DNA of 64,000 bases from Ascidiella aspersa (Eukaryota). Under the pieces are notes generated by a model. That model saw only the letters and a program-made list of their open reading frames with translations, did no database searches and was not told the origin of the DNA. This document shows, piece after piece, positions 1 through 13,610 of the stretch. Location of the stretch: the NCBI GenBank assembly GCA_963924565.1, contig OZ004611.1:20894001-20958000 (forward strand), read 5' to 3'. The translations under genes and the position numbers were made by a program. Numbering within the stretch: the first letter of the stretch is position 1; each line of letters starts with the position of its first letter.

Positions 1-1216
1 ATTCACAACCGTACATTTTACTCATAAAGTAATTTAGTAACATGTATTTTAAACAACATATAGATTATGATAATTGTCTTAAACCAGTGATCCTAACTTT
101 TTGAACCATTTGTTTAAATATGTTGGACCCACCCGAACTACATAAATCTAAAGAATATGGTAACGCTCGATCATGTCTATATGCCCCACTAAGATTTTAC
201 AAAGCTCCGCTAGTGGGACAGATTCTATACTTTGTAAACCACTATCTTTACCACATATTTTCTATTTATATATGGTTAAGCTTTATCAACAGGATCGTGA
301 TTAGGGCAGGGCCAAATAAGGGCCAATACTGAATGCGAAAGATGAGGTAAACAGATTAAGTCTTCAAAATATACATCACGCCTTATCTTCCGTGGTCTTA
401 GGAAACTGAAAAGGTGTTCCACAAGGATTGGTCAAAAGAAAAGTTTTATTAAATTTACCGATCGCAATCTAAACCCATTTTATATGTCCTAGAATAGATA
501 ACGCGCCGGCAACCTTAAGCAACCAAAGAGCGGCTTGGTCCCAGTTTTAATTAAGTGAAACCCACTAAATAAATAAGATTGTTGTCTCTGTAGCACAGAG
601 AACTTCACGTTGCCAATATAGTCTGAAATATCAAGTCCATTGTGACTTCGTTTTGGGCCTATCGGGTTGACACAAAGAAAAAATATATATCAGGTGATTA
701 TTGACATTTAAACCTCATCTAAATACAATGCATCTCGACCAAATCAGGAAGTCCCTTTAATTAGGCGTATTTGTTGTTTTTCAGTTTCTTAAATAAAACA
801 AATCTTCAGCAATGCTCTTGACGTGATTTTGCCATTTACCTTCCGATAGTAAAACACCTTAAAAAAATGGTTGTGAATGTTAACAAAATGGTTATGAATC
901 AGTAAAGGGTGTACTAACTCTGGTTTACGTTTTAGTTTCATATTTACGTTATGCGAATTCCGTGATCCTGATTCCAATCTATTGTTTAAGCAATAAAAGA
1001 TCTGTAATTTTAATGCTATTCTAATTAATACAGATGACAACGTTCACTTGACCAAGTCCACCTTGCAGCAATAATTCAATTATTATATATAAATGATAAA
1101 ATAACCAATATTCGGGCAAATTATTTTTGGCTTAATCACCACCAAACCCTGTTGTCGATTAACAAAACAACTTTAAGGTTGAATAATCGTTAAAAATATC
1201 CTGTGATACCGTAAAC

Positions 1217-2399
1217 CAGGGGTGTCCAACCTTTTAGCTGTTGACGCCCGCATTGACAGTCTTTATTTATCTCACGGCCGCCAGACAATTTTTTTAGAGA
1301 TGACGTTAGAAAGTTAAGTAATAACGGAACGTCATAGAACAATTATTTTTAAACCTACTTGTTGTTCTCTAACGATCTCGTGAAAAAATATAGAACTGAA
1401 ATATAGTCTTATCGCGCGATGCGCGAAAAAAATCGTTTATTGGGTTTTTGAATGTGACACGTGATGCAACTGACTTAGGTCAGGCTGATCTTTAAAACGG
1501 TGCGCATGCAGGTCCAGGGTGGTGCCAAGTTCGTTGACCTGTGTCTCCGCGCCTACTGTCTGTGGTTTATGATTTAATCTTTCTTTGTTTTTTTGTTTTT
1601 AACGATATACGGATTTTTTTGTCTGGCTATTTACTCCTCAATGTATTCTCTCTCCATTTGCTCAATAACAGTTTAAGGATTACTTACCCAAACTTATTCG
1701 TTTAAACGAGGCTTTTTATATATACCGCTTAACCTGTCCCATAGTTTTGCCTTAATTTCATTCACAACTTGCATAACACATGTCTGCTAAGCCGTTTATT
1801 ATTATGTATCCTCAATTCCTTTTATCTTTATGTGACAGCACAATTCAGATTGTTACACATCTTCTATACCAGTGATTACTGAACGGTGTGCCGCGGCACA
1901 CTAATGTGCTTTGAGAGATTGCCAAGTGTGCCGCAAAACTTATTGGTAATGTCGGAAAATAGAGTTTTTTAATACAAATAGGTATACACGAAAGCCTTAC
2001 AATTGAACACGCACTATACATTACAAATTAATAATATTGAGACATTTACATATAGTGTGTCGCGTGTTAAGGGCGTTTGTAAAATTTTTCTATTGTGTTC
2101 TGCTAAAAGGGAGCCACGAAATATTTAAGATTGTTTTAGTCTGCCGCGATCCAAAAAAGTTTGGGAACCACTGTTCCATATTGATTTATTTTTGCATCAA
2201 TCAATCAATGATATCAACTTGTTTTGCAGATTGATCTAATTAACTTCACTCCCTTAAGTCGTAAAAATTTCGAATCTGCATTTAGCATATTAACCATTAA
2301 CGAACGCCAGCACGGACATGGCCACCAACACACGGTTAATAAAATACGTGTTAACGGCCGCATTATTATCCATCTACGGCCGCAGGTTGGACACCGTTG
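1217..2399. mobile_element. Non-autonomous hAT element containing a nested MITE
   Basis: TIRs CAGGGGTGTCCAACC / GGTTGGACACCGTTG; perfect 8-bp TSD CCGTAAAC at 1209-1216 and 2400-2407. Confidence 0.9.
1870..2173. mobile_element. hAT MITE nested in the 1217-2399 element
   Basis: CAGTGATT...TTGGGAACCACTG ends; TSD TTCTATAC/TTCCATAT (6/8). Its left half recurs at about 31383-31580. Confidence 0.8.
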
Positions 2400-2805
2400 C
2401 CGTAAACTCAATTAGTCATTCGATGGACGATACATATTCCGTTAGCTTTTTATACATGTTTGCCGACCCCAAGAAGTTAGTTCTAGCGGGAAAAATATTG
2501 TGGCAGTTAAAAATAATTTAAGTGTAGTCATTACTTTTATAGTTAAAGCAACTAGTAGCCATCGCAGAAGGACTAGAATCACAGTTAACACCCATGAGTG
2601 TGTGCTTGTTTCATTAAAGCAACTAATGCTTTATGTCGGCGATAAACTTCATTTCCATGGCTTACACTGGCCCCAGGTTGTTGATACAGCCTCACTAAAG
2701 CGCGCAACATTTAAAAAAAATTGTAATTAAAAAAAAATAGGTTTAAATATATATTTTTAAGCGGATCTATCCGGCAACTGAAAATTGTCGTGGGCATAAA
2801 CCTAC

Positions 2806-5160
2806 CTGGATGTATGGTTGCATACGGGCATACTGCTCGTCTCGCATCTTCCTGTCACGATGATCCGCTTCGTCAAAATAAAGTTACAGTTTTTGCCCTG
2901 CGTAGAACAAAGATTTGGAGCCGTTAGCCATTTTCCATTTTCCAGTAAAACGTCAAACCAATTCAGTCAGCTATAATTTTATAGCCAACCTATACGTAAT
3001 AAGTGCTCTGATATGAGGCCCTATACTCGATGCAGAAGTGCAGTATAGTGGAAGCCACGATGCTGTTCTTGTTTAGTGCTTGCATGACTTGAGCATTTAA
3101 CTATGAACAAAAATGGCTTTTGCGTAACACCCAAATCGCATGGTTGTCTAAAACTGTGAAACGCAGTATTATTCACAACCTATGGTTTAGCACTAAAATA
3201 CCAGCCAGTAACTAGCAAGCAAAAGTTCTCGCTGTTTTATTTTCAGTTTGAACAATGTTTATATGCCGGTGCATTAAATAGCGTGGCGAAATATTACTAA
3301 AATTGCCGGCTTTGGATCACCAAAAATATCGAAACGAAGCCTATAACCGATGGCAAGTGGTAGTATCGGTACTCGTCCGATACTAGGGTGGTATCGGTAC
3401 TGGTCAGATATTAAATTAAGATAGGTATTTTAGCCATTGTGTGCCACCCCGTGCAACAATTTCTACCTTAAAACTTAAGTTTAATAAAAATTTGGAATTG
3501 AAATTCTTGCAAAATTAACTTTGTCCGTTTTGTCTGAAACTATTTTGTTGTTTGAGCATAGTTCTGGCGTCATAGCTATCGAATCAGATTGCGATACTTG
3601 TTGCGTAAATATCGGTATCGGGCTAAACGTCAAGAATCGGACATCCCTAATTCGACAGTGACTAATTTTTGGCTCATATATTTGAATTTTGTTTAAAAAC
3701 TATTAGTTGCCAAAAAATTTTTAAATCAGGTCCTGCGCGATTAACACACGAGTTGTGAAGTTTTTGCCAATCTATACTTCTACGCATCAGACCGAAACAA
3801 ATTCACAAACGATTTTTCCATTTCCCGATCTCGATAGAAATTGGCGCCATTTCTGCCACTTGGCGTCTACATTGACGCTCGCGACGCCGCATTTTCCCAG
3901 TAAGAATGCCTTATCGTCCCATGAGAGAAATGTAGGATCTTTATTTTCGAAAATCCCATAATTTTCGATGGTTTGCTGTCGGGCGCACGTCTAGGTCAGA
4001 ACGTTGTCCGCAAGTTTCTTGGCGACTATGCGGTTTTGTGACAATTCCACTCTTACTGCCCATCAGTCAACGTTTTTTTTTTAAGAATTGCTTTATGTAT
4101 TCAGTCGTCACCTTAACGCTAAGTAAACGGTTGATTAAAAAAAAACTTTTGGAGTTTATAATGACTCACCAAAAACGGTTGATAATTTTGACCATAAGAA
4201 GCGGTAACAAAACTTTACTCCACTAGGTTTGTGGTGATAATTCCACACCATACTTCAACTGACATCTGCAAAGCTGCTAATGGGACCCGAGATAATTAAC
4301 CTGCGCATTCTACAAGCGTAAAATTTTCTTCTTTTTATTTTAGGCGTAAGGGTGAGTATTTCGGGCGAGCATATTAGATGTTTTCACTGAAATGCAATTT
4401 GTCCGTCTTTTTTGTGTAAAAAGCACCGACGGATTCCCGTTACGGAATCATTTTTATTTGAAAGACTTGAATATTATAAAAGAAACGTGAATCGCAATTT
4501 GTTCAGTTAATAATTTTAGAATTTTATCTAGTGGATTTTTCCATTTTTATTAAGACAATTTAACGCGCGCCCCAAGAGTTAACTTCAAACGTAAGTTCGT
4601 GTCGCATGTTTTAGATCAGGGGATCTTAAACTGGGGTCCATGGACCATTTGGGGGACCGTGAACTAGTTTTAGTGGGTATATGAAGGCCTAATTGAAATG
4701 TTAGTGTGTATTGAAGAAGTAATCAATTTTTTAAGAAACAAAGTTTAACGAAAAATGAAACGTTTTATCACTGAATGTATTTCGATTCCGTTTAACTTAC
4801 CAATTTTTCGTACCGAAGTCAGCAGATTTCTGGAGTTTACTTGTTTTTTGACGTCAATTTATGACGTCATCGCTGAAAATTTATTGCATGCCGTGGTCCA
4901 CGCGAATCAACAAAATGAGTTAGGGTTCCGCGGTCAAAAAAGTTTCAGAACCCCTGTCTTAGATGATATATGTTAATTACCTGTGTCGTGCAAGCTCTGC
5001 CCGCGCTGATCTGAAGTTGCTGCTGTTTTTGCAAATATTCCCACTTACTGCGACTGAAGCCGGCTTCCACCATATCGGCCGGCATTTGTAGGGGCATCAC
5101 GCAGCCCCTTGCGACGCACTGACACATGACAAAAGTGATCAAGAGGTGGATCAGTTCCAT
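2806..5160 (-). CDS. Secreted Cys-rich protein 'A', exons 1-2 (5160-4981, 2897-2806); 3' exons unresolved
   Basis: Exon 1 is MELIHLLITFVMCQCVARGC...GRACTTQ (signal-peptide-like) with donor CAG|gtaatt. Exon 2 is GKNCNFILTKRIIVTGRCETSSMPVCNHTS between cgcag| and |gtaggt. Phases are 0 to 2, and exon 2 is homologous to exon 2 of gene B. Confidence 0.75.
3340..3650. mobile_element. Degenerate DNA-transposon remnant with CCGATA/ATCGG subterminal repeats
   Basis: Repeated ATCGGTA motifs; right end ATCGGACATCCCTA (TAGGGATGTCCGAT-type TIR). Confidence 0.5.
4617..4956. mobile_element. hAT MITE in intron 1 of gene A, carrying two TGACGTCA sites
   Basis: CAGGGGATCT...AGAACCCCTG; TSD TTTTAGAT/TCTTAGAT; related copy at about 16033-16321. 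Confidence 0.85.
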
Positions 5161-6630
5161 GGTGTATCCAAGCCCTAACGATCTGGTTAGCAATAAAACA
5201 GTGACATCGAAGAAATAAAATATTGAAATGAAACAATAAATTGAGTAGAGTAAAACAAAGACGGATCGATTAAATGACTACGATTTGAAACTACTGTTTT
5301 TTGTTTTGTTTTTTTCTTCACGATATTTTACCATACTGGCTTGCTTTATTGCTGGACCGAGGTTGCAGATTTCACTTTATAAACTTTGATTAGAGAGCTA
5401 GACGTTGGTCTAGAATCCTGCCACATTTTCGTTCGGGTTTATATTACTAACATTATTTGGGTTGGAGTGCGAGTTAGCGCTTGGGTGGGTTAAATATTAT
5501 TATTTTATTTGTTCTCTCATATTTATTCATCCTTGCAATTTCATTTTTGAAAGCTGGCTTCGGTACTGTACAAAAATGGTAGGTTTCTACACCACACCTG
5601 TTAGCTGATTCAAAGACATCGTCGCTAGGACATATTAGTCGCCACTCTGGTATGTAATATGTTTGAAATCAAATAGGTTTTCGCTCCAACGCCGTAAATT
5701 ATAAATTTACCATTTTTCGCGCAGAAACAAATCACGTAAATATTTCTTATTGGTCAAATGTGCCTATTCGGCAAAAATACGGTTATAAAGCATTTGCCAC
5801 TCTTCTGACCGAATAATTTACGGTAGATTTTAAAGGGCCTGCGCGATTGACACAAGCAGTACTTCAGGTTTACATAGCGCTGCTTGGCGAGGGTCCGACA
5901 AGGTAGCCTTCGCCAACTGTACTGTCAAATTCGTCGAGGGTCGGCCAAATTTATAGCCAGGCGAGCTCTACTGCACGATCATCTTCCACCAATAAATCTA
6001 TCGACACTTTTCAGCGATCGGGGAGATTTTTTTGCTATCGTTATTCGGCATCTACTGCGCAGCGGTTTTGGTCGCGTTGGCCTAAACAAGACTGGGAGAT
6101 TCGCCCTCATTCGAAAGCCACGGTGACGTAAGTTCTATCACTAAAGGTGCTTCTGCTTTAAAAAAAGCTTTAAAAAGTCGGCAAAAATAGTCTGCAATCT
6201 AAAAGTGAAGCCTTACGCTTCCGAGAAGAACTGTAACTGGCTAATAACGTCCAACGACCTTTAATATAAAGATTTTCTTCCAAACTATAAAATTCATGCA
6301 GTACTGACCGAATCTTGCGTTGTTTATTACCGAAATAGAATGTACACGTCGACGTGAAGGGCTTAAACCTCCCAAACTTACAGAAAACCTAATATGCGCT
6401 GTAAAAGCTTTTTGAAGAGACAAATCAAATAATGGATGCATCACAATTCGGCAAAATGTTTGAGGAAGAGTAACCACCTTGTTAGTAAAGAAATCATATT
6501 AGGTACAACAAACGAGTTACTCAATATTTGATGTATCTAACCCTCTAAACAAAAATAGTTTTTTTGTCAACCAAAATACACCTTTTTTAGTAGATGTTTT
6601 ATTCTCTGTCATTTCGACGTTCATTTAAAG

Positions 6631-7150
6631 CAGGGGTGTCCAACTCAAACATGCCGGCGTGCCAATTTTTATCTTATAACTTCTTCCCGTGCCAAAGTTT
6701 CGTAACCGAACCAATTCTTTTTAATCATAAAAGCGCTTATTTTACCAAAAATAAGAACGTTTATTTAAAAAACTGTCTTGTAGAAATGCGCATCACTACA
6801 TCAAAGTGTCTCTCGGTGAGCTGACTTTTGTTTCTTCACACCAAGCTATATAATATTATGTGAATGCTAGCCTCCACACAGTATAATGTTACTATATCAA
6901 AAGTAATTGTTGGTTGTCGTGATTGCCGCGATTGTTTTATATTGTGAACAAACAATGGTATATTGTGAACAAACAATGGTATATTGTGAACAAACAAATT
7001 GGCTGTACAACAAACTTAGTATTTTCTGACAATTGGCTGAATAACAAATTGAGCTTTTTTGGCAATTGGCTAAATGACAATTTTAGTATTTTTCGGGAAG
7101 GGCTTGCGTGCCATTTTTTATTAGGTCGTGCCGCTTGTTGGACACCCCTG
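6631..7150. mobile_element. hAT MITE
   Basis: TIRs CAGGGGTGTCCAAC / GTTGGACACCCCTG; perfect TSD ATTTAAAG; internal 21-bp tandem repeat (TATATTGTGAACAAACAATGG, about 3 copies, ~6938-6998). Confidence 0.92.
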
Positions 7151-10100
7151 ATTTAAAGGCTCTATCAGAATTAATAACACGAACGCTCGGTATACACCTT
7201 GATTATAATCAAATAATTATTGGAGGAGATAATACATAATTAAAATAAAATAAATAGAAAAACGCGATTAATGAATATGCTGTTGCTGCCAGGCATTGTT
7301 TCAATTGTACAATTGATGTTTTAATTTCATATCGTGGTAGATGCATAAAGGTTTCCTAGATTAGGTGTCCACTCATGCATTCACACTTACTGTGGAAAAC
7401 GTGTCCAAGCAGGATAACCTGAGCTACCAGTGGCTGATTAACACGTAAAAAAACACTTGCCTGACAATCCTGGATATTATTTGAACAGAAATATCCAACT
7501 CATAAAAATATTTCAGGCCTATCTCTAATCTAAAATAAGCCAGACGAATTAAAACACAAACCGAAACAATGCGGGCAAATGTACTTTGTGAATGAGACAA
7601 CCGCAAATTTCCAACTAAGATTCGAACGAAAGCAGATGGCTTAAGCTTTGGTCTCGCAAAAGCAATTTTATAACTATTGAAAAACAAAGCCTGGTAGTAA
7701 TTATTGTTTGTACACTAAGCAACTGATACAAAAGAGAGGCTTTTGTTGAAATTAGAAAAAATGATTTTAATGTTTTTCAGTTTTCGCATATTTTAAAAAT
7801 CGCAATTATAGTTTTACTTTAAAACTCAGCGGCCTCCAATATGGTAAAACTCAACAATAGCTTACACATGTGTTTTTATTTGAAAACCCCTTCACTTAGT
7901 CTTTCTGGCAATTTGCTTAAGAACAACACGACCCTTGCCAAAACCTTGGCCTGTTTAAAAAAATATCTGTATAGTTCAAAAACCAAGTTTATTGGCCGCT
8001 GTGCTACAGGATTACCTCTTAGGAAAACCATTTTTTAATACAGCGCCCCAGGGTTGACCGTATATAGAACGCATTTTTTTTTGGTTTACAAATTTGTTTA
8101 ATTTATTTTGTTTACAAATTACTTCACAAAGTTAAGTTAAGTAATGAAACCAGTAACCTTAAGAAACCTGAGGTTGTCGTGCTGAAATTCTTGTCTAAAA
8201 TGCAAGGAGTGGTAGACAATGCGTACGATTTGCTTAATTGGCTTACTATCTGCAAATAAGTAGCCTAAAACTTGTATATACAAAGTAGGAGTACTTATAT
8301 ATTTATATATACACAGTACCCAAAAATTATATGTTTAGGACATGTCCCTATAGAAAAGAAATATGTTTTTTTAACAAAAATTGTTTTACCGAAATACCGT
8401 TCCGGCCTTCCCAGCTTGCTTTCACCACACTGCACCGCACTTAACGAATGTCTGTCTGTTTGTGGCGCGAAAGATATTGTGGGAATCGCCCTCCTCTGAA
8501 AGCCGACGACGGAAGATAACAGGTCGTTGATAGCTCCAGGTTTCCCAGCGGCTTGCCAAAACCGCAAATCATGAACGCGCCAACTCCACTTTTTAGAATC
8601 ATTTTTGCGTTTTTCGGGCCCGAATTGACTGTTCAGTCGTTGCTTTAACCGCCTGTCCGCCGGCTAGTGCAGGTCCGCGATAAATCTCTGCCGTTCCGTC
8701 AAAAATATTTTTTCATTTGTTTAGTTAACTATATGATTTTTTATCAAGCTACTGAGAAAATGCAAGTATTTTTCCTCAAAAAACCGCCTTGAGTAGTTCT
8801 TGGCGCTAAATCTCCAATTAATAATTCATGCTAAACTTTAATGAACCAATTTGCAGTATTAAACTTTACTACTTTGTAAGTGATGTTAAATAAAAGATTA
8901 ACTCCAGTGGTCTTAGTAACGAAACATTCTTTCGAAATTGTGGTCAGCATTTAATTTGTATTTTTACGAAAACGTCAAAATGGTAGCAAACACTGGTTTA
9001 GCTGCTGGAGTAGACGTATTGCAATGCTTTGTATATCACTTGTTGGATACACCACCGCAGTGTGCATGCTTTTATCAGAATTGATTTCTTTACAATGTTC
9101 ATATACTGTGAGATATGCTATACATCCGTTGTCAAGATTTCCTGTTTACCTTTTTAGTGAAATCTACTTATTATATATATTTTGACATCATATTTTTATA
9201 ATTCTTTTCTACCATATCTTGTATAAAAAACACCTAAATGGAAAAAAAAAGTTCGACGCTCGTCTTACTATTGTCTTTGGGCTGTTGTACGAGAAGATAC
9301 TGACATAAAAAAACAAAAGTATCATACAACTTCATCATTGATGTTTTGTCAACGGAGAAAAGTGTCGGCTAAAGTCCAAAAAAACAAACCTGATCTTAGC
9401 TAATCCGTCTGGCAAACCACGAATGTATTCAAAACGATAGCTTTAAGCCGGCGCCAAAGTATCGCCAAAGTTTCGACATACCTGACGCGATAAAATCTGA
9501 CCTTGGGGCAACAGCAAATTACGATACGCTTCCGCCACGTGTACAGTTTCCACGTCGTCAGTACACACGAATCATGTCTGTTTAGCGAGTTGCACGGCGT
9601 TTGGGAAACTTGTTTGTTTCAGCAACAAAGTGTAACCTCGGCCAAATTTAATCTATTTCTCATCATTGGACAAAGGCAATATTAAACCGTTCGTTGTAAA
9701 ACCCAATAGAAAAAACGTGCTGACCTCCCTAAATAAAACAAGCGCCAATAAATATTTCGATATCTCATATAGTGTTCGGGTTCTTGCCTGCTTCAATGGT
9801 GACGTTTTATAAATAAAAAAAATATAAAATACTTACTTACATATTTTTTTTTTTAAATAAATTAAGTCAGGTTAGTGCGACAGTATTTTAAATCCTAGAT
9901 AAAACTGGCGTTATTTTTGTTCTTTAGAAAAACGAACAATGAATAAGCAAAAACGAGATTTTTTAATCAAATATAGCTTAAAATATTAAAGTAGAAATTA
10001 AATCGAAATGCAAAACACCAGAAGAAATTTTTTTACCGATTCTATGTATAACTTTATGATTCAATAAGTAGTGAACTTGGCAATCTCTTGTTTTATGTTA

Positions 10101-12096
10101 CCCTAACAAACTACAGGAAGGGATGAATGTTGACTCGAATTATGTCTGGCAAGTCACGCATGTAGATCAACTTAATTATGCTGGCCAAATGATATACTTT
10201 TTTATGTTATGGTATTAAACAACAAAAAAAAGGGTTAAGAGCTAAAGTTCACCTAAAGTTTGAGGCAGCTCTAATCGTAGATCTATCAGCAAATTTCCAT
10301 ATTGGGTAGGCGCATCCCCTCCTGAAGTTCGCAACACGCAGAACAACAAAAATCACAAATTGCCTGACAGAAGAATGTATACGCAGCCGAAGGATTGCCC
10401 GGCGCAGACTTGATTGGCCAGTGCTGGCAGATTTAGGCCAGCCAAAAGTACGACAGTTGACGTTCATTGGCGCAAAGTGGAAGTAGATCAACCCCCTCCT
10501 GTTTCAACATGGCTCAAAACCGTATAAATCTCTCGCAGTAATTTACAGTAGTTGTTTCGCGGTCGATGAGCCGAATTTCCGAAGCCTTTTGACGCCCTTC
10601 TCCTCGGTCGAACATCGAAATCATGACAATATCGGCAAAACGTTTTGGTAGCTTTATTATTTGGATTTTTCTTACACTATACCCGGGACTCCTTTTAAAT
10701 GTTAATATAGTCCTGGATTCGTTCTGTGAATTACAACCAATATATACATCTTACAGAAAATGCGAAGTCATAGCCCTACAAATGACAAATTGCCAAGGTT
10801 AACGTATATATAATATTATTGTAGCTCAGTTATTTTAATGCAGTTGCCAAAACTTGAAAATTAAACTATGGGTTTTGTATACTTTATTTGGACTTATTGT
10901 TGCATACATAAAAAATAACAACTTGTTTTCACAATATAATTTGACATCCGCACTGATCTTTTTCACAAACTGAAAAAATGACAATGTTGACAATTGTATT
11001 TCACTATTGACGAGGTTCGGCACAATCGTGCTTTGTCAGGCCGGGGTTAGAGTTAGTAGTGTCCAATTTTTTGTAAGTTTATTCCTACAAAATCGACTGC
11101 GCAAACGACAAAACGTTTAACTATACCCATGATAGTCAAACTGTTTTGCCTATTTTCCTAACGTGTTTTATAATAAGCTTCTATTGCGCTTTGTATATTC
11201 AGGTTCACAGCAACTGGCCATTCCGCATGTGTACATCGCACATATATTCAAATCCGAACGACATATAGAATTTTGCCAACTATTGTAAATAAAAATATTA
11301 TGACATTACCAGTAAAGTCATAAAGTCGCGTTATGAAGCAAGGACTTTAGAGAACTTTCCGTTTCCGGTCAAACCCATGCGTAGATATGGAACTGAATTT
11401 TGGTTTCAATACTCTCATGGAGATGGCAGCAAAGCGTTTGCGCGTAGCAAAAAAACGTATATTGATCAAAATAAATAAAGTTTCTAGACGATTGGTTTTA
11501 AAGGCTCTAGACGTTTGGTTTTAAAGGCTGTATTGCTCCTCAGTAACCACGTATAAAGTTCGCGCGCAGTGCAAAAATACATACCGTGTTCTATAGATAC
11601 AATCTAAAAGCTTTTCAACGTTTATTGTTGTACTTCAATGAAGATAAATATTTTCTTTGAAGTTATAGTCGAATGTTTGTAGATGACATCAAGTTTTACC
11701 ACTAAAACGATGGTTATCAAGTTTAAAATCCCGCATTTGATGAGACCTTCTTTCCAAGAACGCGAGTTATTCGTAAAAGCATGTATGTTTAAATGGTATT
11801 TATTTTACAACCGGTTTATCGAACTAAGGTGCATTCTTACAGCGAGATGTGGCTTGTGCTTGAGCTTTTGAACTGATACAACCTAAGATCGGAACTTTAT
11901 CGACAAATTTCGCCCCACCCCTTGAAGACCAAACAAACTAGAATATTGAGTATAATTATGTGAAACCGCATCCCGTGCCGTGTGCAAAAGCAAACGTAGG
12001 TATGCAAATGGTGCACCTGAACAAGTAGTTTGTTATAATTAGTTCAAGTGTGTTTCTCTATGTGATGTATATAGTTGCCCTTTTTTTCCTTTTTTT

Positions 12097-12372
12097 TGGA
12101 GCATGATGGTTGGAGGTTGTAGTAAGACATAATAAAAATATCAAAGCCCAGACAGAAGTAGTTATCATTTTGAACGTTTCGAATATCTCTTTATTCTTTT
12201 TCAACATAGTTTGTCTTTTCTCCATAGTGGCTGACAATAAAGTTTGGAGCATAATGGCTGGAGGTTGTAGTAAGAACATATAGCAATTGAAAAATGGATA
12301 AAGATTTATTCGAAACGTTCAAAATGATACCTACTTCTGTATGGGCTTTGATTTTGCTATTACGTCTTTACA
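12097..12372. mobile_element. Penelope-like repeat family 2 (GGAGCATAATGGCTGGAGGTTGTAG...), direct and inverted pieces, two U3-A8 hammerhead motifs
   Basis: The same unit occurs at 16920-17215, 23155-23270 and 34667-34855. Motif UUGAAAA-stem-GAAAC-GUU lies at 12173-12204 (-) and 12287-12319 (+). Confidence 0.65.
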
Positions 12373-12828
12373 TTTTTTTTGTCACCACGCAATGTTAAGT
12401 GATTACACATTCTTTAGTAGGCCTATCACAGAGGCCTTAAGTTTTGTTCTATTTTTACTGCGTCTGGTCGTTTGAGTGATTTCTAATTTCATCGTGCAGT
12501 TTTTTTTTGGAAATGCACAGAACTAAGTCTAATTGTATGAGACCAAAGCGATAGAGAATTGTTTTTTAAATAAATTAGGGTCAGGTACTGTTAGTCCTGA
12601 AACACATTTGTTTAGTTTAAAGTTAGGGAAATATTTTTCCATTTTTGGAATCCATAAAATGACTACTGATTGGTGTTGTTAAGATTTTATTTCCATTGCG
12701 AAGTTATTAATTTCACCTTATTTAGGTACAAATAAAAAGAAACAGTCAAATCACGTTTTACTGGTTGTAGGACGACATCGAAATCAAGCGCCGCCGCGTA
12801 TTGTCATTTAGCGATTAATCCTTTAGCG

Positions 12829-13547
12829 CAGCGGTTCTTAACCGGGAGGGGGGGGGGGGCGCGCCCCCCTAGGGGGGCGCCAAGCAATTCTAAGGGGGGC
12901 GCGAGCTCGACTTCAATATTTTAACTTTTTGCAGTGATTTTAATGGTTTCGTTTGGGTTAGGCATCCTACATACAAACTCTGTTTTTGCCAATTTAACAT
13001 TGAAACTGCCAAAATTTTTCGCGCTGCGCGCGAATCTTCTAATTCATTTTTCAAAAATCCACGGTATCACCGCCCTATTAAATTAACTTATAGATAAGCT
13101 ATAGCAACAGGGGGAGTCCAACTTTTTTTGCGCGAAACTATATTGTTTTTGCAATATTGCCGTTGTATTGTGTGTCGTTACATCTTTTGAAACACGATAA
13201 CGCAATGTTTAATATTTGCGCTTGACATTTTTTGCGCTCGACATCATACAACTGTGGAGTAAATGCCCTCGCAACACGTTCGTCAAAATCAGCTCGATAA
13301 AATCAATGTGTCGAGCTCGCGCAATTTGTTTTGTGCCCAATGCGAAACGCCTCTTCGGTTGCAGTTTAGCCAATTCGACCAAATAAAACTCAAAATTTTT
13401 CGCGCGACCAACAACACCCTTCACTATTTTCCTGTTTTCTTAGTGATATTTAATTGCAAAATGTCGAAATATTTTTATGGGGGGGGGCGCAAGGCATGAG
13501 AAAATTACCAAAGTGGGGCGCGGCTGAAAAAAGGTTAAGAACCACTG
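12829..13547. mobile_element. hAT MITE
   Basis: TIRs CAGCGGTTCTTAACC / GGTTAAGAACCACTG; perfect TSD CTTTAGCG; inverted family member at 32440-33149. Confidence 0.92.
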
Positions 13548-13610
13548 CTTTAGCGAAACACACTCGAATGGTCGTTAAATAAATAGCAAATGCAAAATCC
13601 CACTAATCAC

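Noticed and set aside
280-2700. Candidate downstream exons of gene A (about 2695-2667 EAVSTTWGQ, 978-948, 622-566, 405-279 FLRPRKIRR...)
   Set aside because: Several phase-compatible options exist, but none is clearly homologous to gene B exons 3-4; RNA data are needed to choose.
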